Shown here: positions 52,539-64,000 of the stretch, one piece after another
Numbering within the stretch: position 1 is the stretch's first letter
How the letters are laid out: every line of letters begins with the position of its first letter
Assembly (NCBI RefSeq): GCF_009914755.1
Contig: NC_060938.1
Reading direction: 5' to 3' (one strand)
DNA: 64,000 nt
Source: the human T2T-CHM13v2.0 reference genome, Homo sapiens
Translations under genes and position numbers: made by a program
Notes under the pieces: generated by a model
Told to the model about the DNA's origin: nothing
What the model saw: the letters and a program-made list of their open reading frames with translations, nothing else
Database searches by the model: none

Positions 52539-53390
52539 GTTCATAAGAGCTAAGAAAACATGGTGAGAGATTATAGAATCTGTATGTAACACAGCAATAA
52601 GGAAAGACATATTTGAAGAAGGAGGGAAGGACAGTTTTACATTACTCATGTCACCCCTTCCCTCAAGCCAACCTAAGTGTCCATCAATGTACACATGAAT
52701 AAAAAAGAGATATACTATTCATTCTTAAAAAGGAAGAAAATTAGCTGGGCACAGGGGCTCATGCCTGTAATCCCAGCACTTTCAGCAGCTGAGGCAGGAG
52801 GATTGCTTGAGGCCAGGAGTTTGAGACAAGCCTGGGCAACACAGTGAGGCCCAGGCTCTACAAAAATTTTAAAAAATAATTTTAGAAAAGGAAGAAAATC
52901 CTGTCATTTGCTACCACACGGATGAACCTGGTGCACATTATGCTTAGTGAAATAAACCAGGCAGAGAAAGACAGATACTGCATGATCTTGCTTATATGTG
53001 GAATCTAAAAAAGTCAAACATAGCAGAGAGTAGATTGGTGGTTAACAGGGATTAGGAGTACAGGTGGGAAATGGGGAGATGTTGGTTAAAGAGTACCAAG
53101 TTTCAGTTAGAACGAGTTAGTAAGTTCTGAAGATATACTGTATGGCACAGTGATTAGAGTTAATAATAATGTAGAATATACTTGAAAATTGCTAAGACAC
53201 ATCTTAAATGTTCTCACCCCCTAAAGTGGTTAAGTATGTGAGGTGATGGATATGTTAACTAGCTTGATGTAATCATTTCACAAAGTATATGTATAACCAA
53301 AATCTCATGTTGTACGTCGTAAATATATACAGTTTTTATTTGTCAATCATGCCTTAATGAAGCTGGGGGGACACAAAAATAAATTTTTAA
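52539..53390 (+). mobile_element. L1MA remnant (5'-like segment then 3' end) with an Alu monomer at 52744-52877
   Basis: gaaaatcctgtcatttgctaccacacggatgaacctgg...gtgaggtgatggatatgttaactagcttgat. Confidence 0.75.
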
Positions 53391-53600
53391 AAAGGCAGAC
53401 TGGTTACAAAATAATTTTAAAATTGTTAACAGTTTTTATTATGAAGAAAAGATAAGTTTTAAGAAGATATTGTGGCTTTACCCTGGCATACCACCTTATA
53501 TACTAATTTAAGAATCATGATGTGAGATTCTAATTCATTCTATTTTCTTCCAACTCTAACATAACCCCCACTCCTGGTGCAGGTACTTTAATATGTTATG

Positions 53601-53906
<306 letters not shown>

Positions 53907-54689
53907 TTATGTTCAGTAATGAATCCTGCTTTACCATATGGAGAATACAAAGCAAATCAAGAAGAAATAGTAACCAGATAAATTCAGATGGATTAAGAAG
54001 ACCATTTTGTGAGTTAGAATTTTGTGGTTCACTTTTAAAGGCATTTAATAATCAGAATAACCCTTTCAATACTATTAGCAATGTTGGATTCAGGTGCTAA
54101 AATACAGTCTTATTAGGAATAAAAACTTTTTCATCCAGTCTACTGCATTCAGTAACTGAAAGGGCAAGTAAATGTATAACTAAAAAAAAATCACTACTTT
54201 TGAATGTGTATCAGATATGATAGGAATTCTTAGGTGTTTTACATGCATCTTAAATTCTTGTAAAACCTCTATAAGTGAGCACTCCAATTCCAGTACTTCC
54301 AATACTTTCAGTTCTTACAGAAAAGAAAAAATGAAGCTGATCATGAATATTAATTATTATTCATAAGTAATGACCAGGTGTTTCTATTTATTATTTCTAA
54401 CCTGCAAAACTGAAGAGCAGCCTCCAAAGAAATTAAACAACCAATGAGAAAAAGAACAGATGTTTAATCTTAGATGATGATAGTTACAGAGATTCCAGAA
54501 TCAATAGATCAAATCAGTGCCCAAATTATAACAGTATGGATAGCCCAACAGGGAGGTTTCGTAGTCTTTCATCTCTCTTCAAGAAGCTGTTTCAGCATGA
54601 CAAAATAAAGTAATATGACATATTTATAGAGCTCTGTGGAAAAAGCTTTAATTTATATTCAAATGTTATATTCATTTTTTTAAAATATG

Positions 54690-54960
54690 AGGTACCTAGA
54701 GTAGTCAAATTATGTCTTTCATAGAGACCCAGAAAGTAGAATGATGGTTATCATGGGCTTAGGAGATGGAAGAATGGGATTATTTTTTACAGGGTACAGA
54801 GTTTCCATTTGGGAAGATGAAAAAGTTCTGAAGCTAGAGGGTGGTGATGGTTGCACAACAATGTGAATGTACTTAATGGCACTGAATTTTACATTTAAAA
54901 ATGGTTGAAATGTGAAGTTTATATATTATATATTTTACCACAATAAAAAATGTTAACTTA
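54690..54960 (+). mobile_element. L1MB-type 3' end
   Basis: gggtacagagtttccatttgggaagatgaaaaagttctg...ggtgatggttgcacaacaatgtgaatgtacttaatggcactgaa. Confidence 0.8.
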
Positions 54961-56094
54961 AAAACCGGTCTCGGAAAGGGGAGTCAGCACGTGTAGAGGC
55001 TCAGAAGTACAAGAAAACATAATGTATCTGTTCATAATGGGGAGATGTTAGTTAAAGAGTACGAAGTTTCAGTTAGAATTAGTGAATAAGTTCTGAACAT
55101 ATACTGTATGGCATGGTGATACAGGAAAGGAGTTTCCTATAGATGAAAGAAACTGGGGTACTGAGAAATAGGCTGGAAAGATGGGCACTACATACCACGT
55201 GAAGGATTATGAGCTGCATCCTAAGGACAGTACAAAGCCTTTATCATACTTTAGAAATAAGAAGAAAGCACACAATGTGTTTTAAAAGGAATCACCATCA
55301 CTGTGGAGTGAAGAAAGGTCTTGAGGGAAACCAAACAGGAGGTAAGAAGATCAGCTAAGAGGCTATTCCACCAATCCAGTTAGTAGATGACAGAAGCCTA
55401 CACAAGAGTACAATGGTGAGAATAGAAGGAAGGAGATTAATATGAGAGCTATCTCAGAAGTAGACTCTCCAGAACTCTTTAATTAACTACACAGGGGAGG
55501 CAAAAGAGAGAACTGTGTTAATAGTTTCTGAATTGAGCAACTGAGCGAAGGATCTTACCGTTCACTGAGGTAGAGAAGAAAGACTTCGTAAGTACTTATC
55601 CTGTGGATCTACAGCAAATTTCTTACTGACTGCATAGAATTCAATTGAATTTATCTATCTATAATTCAACACAAAATGTTAACTGCTTTACCAAATTCTT
55701 TAAATTTTTCTAATTACTCAAACAAAAGAAGAGATGGAAGCATTTTTTAAAGCATAAGGCTGTAAATAACAACAACAACAACAACAACCCCATTTTAACA
55801 GCCTCAGCTTGTTAAACGGAGAGGGATCATTACTGAAAATCTATACTAACAGGAAAAGGTAGTTGGGACCCAAACTTTATAGCTCAAAATTTTAGCCATT
55901 AATCTATTAAGCATTCTTAACCCCCCAAACCAAGGCTTCTGAATTTATTTTTCGGACAAAGCTATTTTTATAAATATATTTTTATACTTGATGAAATTAA
56001 CATCTGAAATATATTAATAAGAAGGGGAAGAGAAAAGGATAAATAGGTAAAAACAACAAGTATTATATATTCTGTATCGCTGAAGAGAAAATTA

Positions 56095-56304
<210 letters not shown>

Positions 56305-56490
56305 TTAAAAAATAAAAAAGGTTAGCTAATGCATACTTTAGTAAAAATATTTTGGTTAAAATAATCTCATCTTAATTAAGATAAATCTAGATATCTTAAC
56401 TATCTGTTGTGTGGCAAGAAATTCTTATCTATGAAAATGGGAATTGTTCATGCTTAAATGACAGAAGTTGATAGAATCTTTTGCTTTGAA

Positions 56491-56678
56491 TTTTTTTGGC
56501 GACATCACGTCACTCTGTCACTCAGGTTGGAGTGCAGTGGCGTGATCATAGCTTACTATAACCTTGACCCTGTGGGCTCAAGCAATCCTCTAGCCTCAGC
56601 CTCATGAGAAGCTGGGACTACAGGAATGTGCCACCCAACCTGGCTATGTTTTGTTGTTGTTGTTGTTGTTGTTGTTTT
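56491..56678 (-). mobile_element. Alu right-arm fragment with (TTG)n
   Basis: cactctgtcactcaggttggagtgcagtggcgtgatcatagc. Confidence 0.8.
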
Positions 56679-56679
56679 G

Positions 56680-57376
<697 letters not shown>

Positions 57377-57703
57377 TGACCAAAGGGAGAGAGTGTGTGT
57401 GTAGACACACATATGTATATATCCTTATGTACATACAGTCTAGTGTTTAAAACTATCCAAATTCAGAATCTGTTCCAGACCACAATGCTAGAAATCAACA
57501 ACAAAAAAGATAACTAGAAGATACCCATTGTTTGAAAATTAAGAATTATACTTCCATATAATCTAAAAGACAAAGACAAAGATGAACTCTTAATGATTTG
57601 TTACTATTTTGAAGTAAGTTATAAAACTGCTTAAAATCAAAACTTGTGAAATATAGCTGAAACAGTACTTAGGAGGAACTTTTGGGAGCTTTAAATGCAT
57701 ATA

Positions 57704-58466
57704 CAGTTGGCCCTCTGTATCCATGGGTTCTGCAGCTACAGATTCAACCAACCATGGAAGGAAAATGTAGTTAGGCCTATGATAGTTGCATCTGTACTGA
57801 ACATGTACAGACTTTTTTTTTTTGTCATTATTCCCTAAACAATATAGTATAACAACTATTTACACGGCACTTACACTGTATTAGGTATTATAAGTAATCT
57901 AGAGATTTAAAGTACAGTTGACCCTTGAATAATGCACCAGTTAGAAGCACCAATTCCCATGCCATCAAAAAGCCACGTCTAATGTTTAACTCTCCAAAAA
58001 CTTAACTACTAGTAGCCTACTGTTGACTGGAAGTCTTATCAATAACACAAACAGTTGTTTAACATACACTTTGTGCATTATATGTACTAATACTGTATAC
58101 CTACAATAAAGTAAGCTAGAGAAAACAATTAAGAAAATCATAAGGAAGAGAAAATATAATTGTTATTCATTAAGTAGAAGTGGATCATCATAAAAGTCTA
58201 CATCCTCATCATCTTCACATTGTGTAGGCTGAGGAGGAGGAAGAGAAGAGGCTTGTCTTACGATCTCAGGGGTGGCAGAGGTGGAAGAAAATCCACCTAT
58301 AAGTGGACCCATGCAGTTCAAACCTGTGTTGTTCAAGGAATAACTGTATTTTGGAGGATGTTCAAATTATATATCATTTTATATAATGAACTTGAACATC
58401 CACAGATTATGGTATCTGCAGGGGGTCTTGGAAGTAATCTCCCCCAAAAATAGCAAGGAATAACTA
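57704..58466. mobile_element. Tigger3a-like element with a nested Tigger2a/MER28-like element (57915-58346)
   Basis: Outer TIR cagttggccctctgtatcc; inner TIRs cagttgacccttgaa ... ttcaaggaataactg flanked by TA. Confidence 0.8.
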
Positions 58467-59170
58467 CATTATAAATAAACAAAGGCTACAATTTAATAAA
58501 TAGGCATCTACCCCCAAGACATTAGAAAAAGATCAGCAAAACTAAGATTTTCTAAATGCTTTTATAGTATTTTTAAAATTGTTACTAGTTTATAGGAAAA
58601 ATGATTTTTGTATATTGTTTTCATATCCAGAAAATTTGCTAAATTCTCTTTTCAATTCCAGTAATTCATCTTTGGATTTTTCTATATATATAAACACATC
58701 ATATATATATATAACCAACTGAGAATGGCAGTTATTTTTTTCCTTTCCAATCTGTGTGTGTGTACGTGTACATATATATACACATACATATATATGCTAT
58801 ACACATATACATTTGGCCTTACTATATTGACCAAGACTTCTAGTCTATAGCTGAACAGAATGGTGAAAATAGCATAACTGTCTTTTTTCTGATTTCAAAG
58901 GAAAATCTTCAATACTTCAACATTAAATATGATATTTGCTGGTGACATTCTATGCTCTTACCACAAGGGACAGCAAACCATGTCCTGTGGGCCAAACCAG
59001 GCCTGCTGCCTATTTTTGTACAGTCTGAAAGCTAGGAATAATTTTTACATTTTTAAATGGTTGAAAAAAATGTTTTAATAAAATTTTGAAACACAAGAAA
59101 ATTATTTGAAATTCTACTTTCTGTATCTGTAAATAAAGTTTTATGGAAGTATAGGCATATACTTATTTGG

Positions 59171-59470
59171 TTTTTTGTTTTTTGTTTTTTTGAGACAGAG
59201 TCTCACTTTGTCACCCAGGCTGTAGTGCTGGCGCAATCTTAGTTCACTGCAACCTCCGCCTCCCAGGTTCAAGTGATTCTCGTGCCTCACCCTCCTGAGT
59301 AGCTGGGATTACAAGCATGTGCCACCATTCCCCGGCTTATTTTTGTATTTTTAGTAGAGACAGGGTTTTGCCATGTTGGCCAGGCTGGTCTTGAACTCTT
59401 GGCCTCATGTGATCCACCTGCCTCAGTCTCCCAAAGTACTGGGATTACAGGCATAAGCCACCACACTCGG
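59171..59470 (-). mobile_element. Alu (S-type)
   Basis: Alu consensus. Confidence 0.9.
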
Positions 59471-60680
59471 TCTTGTTTTTTGTTTTTTTTTTTTGTTTTT
59501 TTAATGTATTGTCTATGGCTTACATACTGTCTTTGTATCACACTACAGAGGCAGAGTTGAGATACTGGGAAAGAGATGATACACTCTCATCACTTTGGAC
59601 TGCTTCTTAGTACATTACAATTTTCAGTGACACAGTTACAACTTGACAGAATTTTGAGGGCTATCTGTATTACCATATAGTGACATTTTGTTATTATTTT
59701 TGTTTACCAATGTATATATTAATACTGGACTTAGAATGTTACATTTTTAAGGCACAATGGAGCATGGACTATACTGTTATTGAATTAGATGGCAAAGCAT
59801 TAGGTTTATTATGCAATGACACTGTAGCTGTGCTAAAAGGATACAAATATACATTACCAGACTAAGCACTCATCACAATTTTTCCAACTCACAGGAAAGC
59901 TCAGAAAAATTAGAAAATTTAAAACAGAATATCTCATCACAGAAGTTATTCACAAATTTAAAAATACAATGAGGTTGCAAGAGAAGTAAGTTTCTGAGTG
60001 GTTGATTTGTTAGCCAAGCAAGGAAAGCTACTTATTGGTAATGAATTACTTAAATCATTTTGAATTGCAGCAGCTTAAGAAATATGTCCAGAGAAAACAG
60101 ACTTGTTTAAGACTGTTAGCCTTTCTGTGAGAACAGTTGCTCCAAAAGTTGAGAATATTGGGAACACTACCAATAATTAATTTAAAAACACGACAAATAA
60201 TTTTGAGTGGTTTTCCTTGATTCTTCATGGGTTAACAGATGTTACAGATACTACTCAATTGTTTATTTGGGGAGTCAATGCAAAGTGTGAAGTGACAAGA
60301 ATTTGCTTTTATGAATAGTCTGCATGAAACAACTAGAGACAAGAATATATTCAAAATCATTGAGAAAACACTAATTCAATGCAACCTAAATTGGAATCTG
60401 CTAAGATGAATTATAACTAACTGATGGTGGGAAAAAAGTATGTATAGAAAAAATGGCTTAAAGAAATTTACACAGATTATGAAAACGTAAGGGGTTTAAA
60501 GCCTGTGCTTATTCATTGTATTATTCTTTAGCACGTACTTAGTGAAGAAAAAAATAAGACTCTCTCGTTTTTTTTAACCAATAGCATTAATGGTGAACTT
60601 CATTTGCTCCTGTGGATTTAACTAACCACTTTCAGTTCTGTGAATTTATTTTTTGTAGTTATAACAGCTGCTTTAATGTC

Positions 60681-62274
<1,594 letters not shown>

Positions 62275-63299
62275 TTTCAGTTCTGTGAATTTTTGCCAGA
62301 TACAGAAGCAGAAAATCCTGACTTGCACTAACACAGCAGTTAAATGGCTTAGCAGTGGTTAAGTTTTGTTGTGATTTTCTGATCTCAGAACCAAGATTGA
62401 AATTTTTCTGAATTAAGAAGAATTGATCTCTGTCTTTCTTTTGAGACGGAGTCTGGCTGTTTCCCAGGCTGGAGTGCAGTGGCGCGATCTCAGCTTATTG
62501 CAACTTCTGCCTCCCAGGTTCTAGCGATATTATTAAACACTGAATGGATTTGGAAATTAGCTTCTACTGAAGACTCAATACTGTTACCTAATGAATTCAA
62601 CCTAAAATTATAAGGCAAAAGCAGCACAATGTAATGTGAAACTTACATTGTGGTAAAGTCATTTGAACAATTAATGCTATTTGAATAACAATATCAAGCT
62701 GCTTTATACACTTCTGTGCTATCAAAACTTAAAACAAGAAGTGAGGTCTCCACTGCCACACAAATCTGCAGCAGATATTTTTTGGAGCTTAATTTATAGC
62801 TTTAGCACCATACGTTGGACTATCCTCCTTTGGCAAATGCTGGGTCTTGTCTGTCCCTTGTGCTCCAAGACAAAGCCATAAACAAAGGTCAAGTTTACCC
62901 AAAGGAAAAATGCCTTCAGGGCAAAAAGCGGCTTTGGCACAATGCCCCTAAATGCCCATTTTCTTTCACAAATTGGCTGGATAGCTCCTCACTATCTTGT
63001 CAGTTCTTTGAAGCTTTTAAGGTGATTGACATTTTAACTAATATCTTTAGTTGTTTTCATTGGAAGTTGTTTTATTCCAAATAAATTGCCCACCAATAAC
63101 AGGAACAGTAGTCTGAACAATTACTTTTTAAAGAAACAATTGTCCTATTGGCAGCAGCTAGGTGGCACTTGGTAATAGCAGTTCTACAATGAAAGGATTA
63201 TGAATAGCTCCTAGCAGAGCACAGAGTGAGGTAAGGTGTAGCCCCCACAGTAAGTTTACAGACATATGACCTATGCCATCTCCCATCCCCCAAAAATAG

Positions 63300-63800
63300 A
63301 CTGGCACAATGACAGTAAATGGCATGACTGATTAGCATACCATAAAAAACATCAGTAATTATCTGGAAACAATTAGGTTGAGTCCCCATCTTACTTCTTA
63401 CACTAAAGGAAGCTTTACATAGATTGGGAGTTAAACATAAAAATATAACCACTAATGTACTGGAAGAATATATTGAAAATTTTTAAAAAATAATTTTGGG
63501 GAAGATTTCTCTATGATACAATCCTAGAAGTCATGAAAGAAAATACTGATAAATTCAGCTATATGAAAAATAACAACAACAACAACAAGAATTTTTGCTT
63601 ACCTAAAACAACCTACACGAAGTAAAAAAAAAAGCAAGTAACAAACTATTGAAATTACTTGCAATTTACATTATAGGCAAAGAGTTAACATCCATAATAT
63701 ATAAAGAGCTGCTAAAAGTAAAGGAGAAAAAGATCAACAACCCTACAGAAAAAATGGCAAGAAATGTGGAAAGTTTACAGAAAGGATTCTAGGGAACCAC
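63300..63800 (+). mobile_element. Ancient L1ME-like ORF2 fragment
   Basis: aatcctagaagtcatgaaagaaaatactgataaattcagctat...atataaagagctgct. Confidence 0.55.
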
Positions 63801-64000
63801 CTAACTTTTAAAATTGGTAAATATAGGGAAAGAATTAAGCACCTTTCTGCCTTTATTATAACCAGGATAAACAAATAATTGATGAGAAGAAATTCTCTTT
63901 ATAGAAATATTACAGCTAACAAATGAATAATGAGTGGTAAATGTAAGTATTAGAATGCCACCATTTGAAATTCTTATTAAAATGATAGATTTAGGCCATG

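Overview
This is human genomic DNA: it is repeat-rich and carries an AluYa5 with all five diagnostic bases. The window lies inside the EML5 gene (echinoderm microtubule-associated protein-like 5) on the minus strand. I found 14 consecutive GT-AG coding exons between 56290 and 8778. They total 2075 nt, splice into one open frame, and are probably exons 8-21 (numbering from memory). They encode the end of the first HELP/WD40 (TAPE) module, an acidic-then-basic linker, and most of the second module. The introns hold Alu, L1, L2, MIR, MaLR/ERV LTR and DNA-transposon copies (Tigger, Charlie/Cheshire, MER20, MER85). I see no evidence of a new protein-coding system; nearly all ORFs in the supplied track are repeat-derived. 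The most unusual signal is a cluster of local copying scars: four short dispersed direct duplications 1.5-2.4 kb from their twins, one inverted ~320-bp copy, a near-perfect 44-bp-stem hairpin, and a fold-back THE1 LTR palindrome. Retrotransposition curiosities include a short L1 3' transduction, a 37-nt L1 with a 14-bp target-site duplication (TSD), an unassigned GC-rich A-tailed insert, and a MER85 nested in an L1 3' UTR. Repeat family names and boundaries are by eye and approximate.
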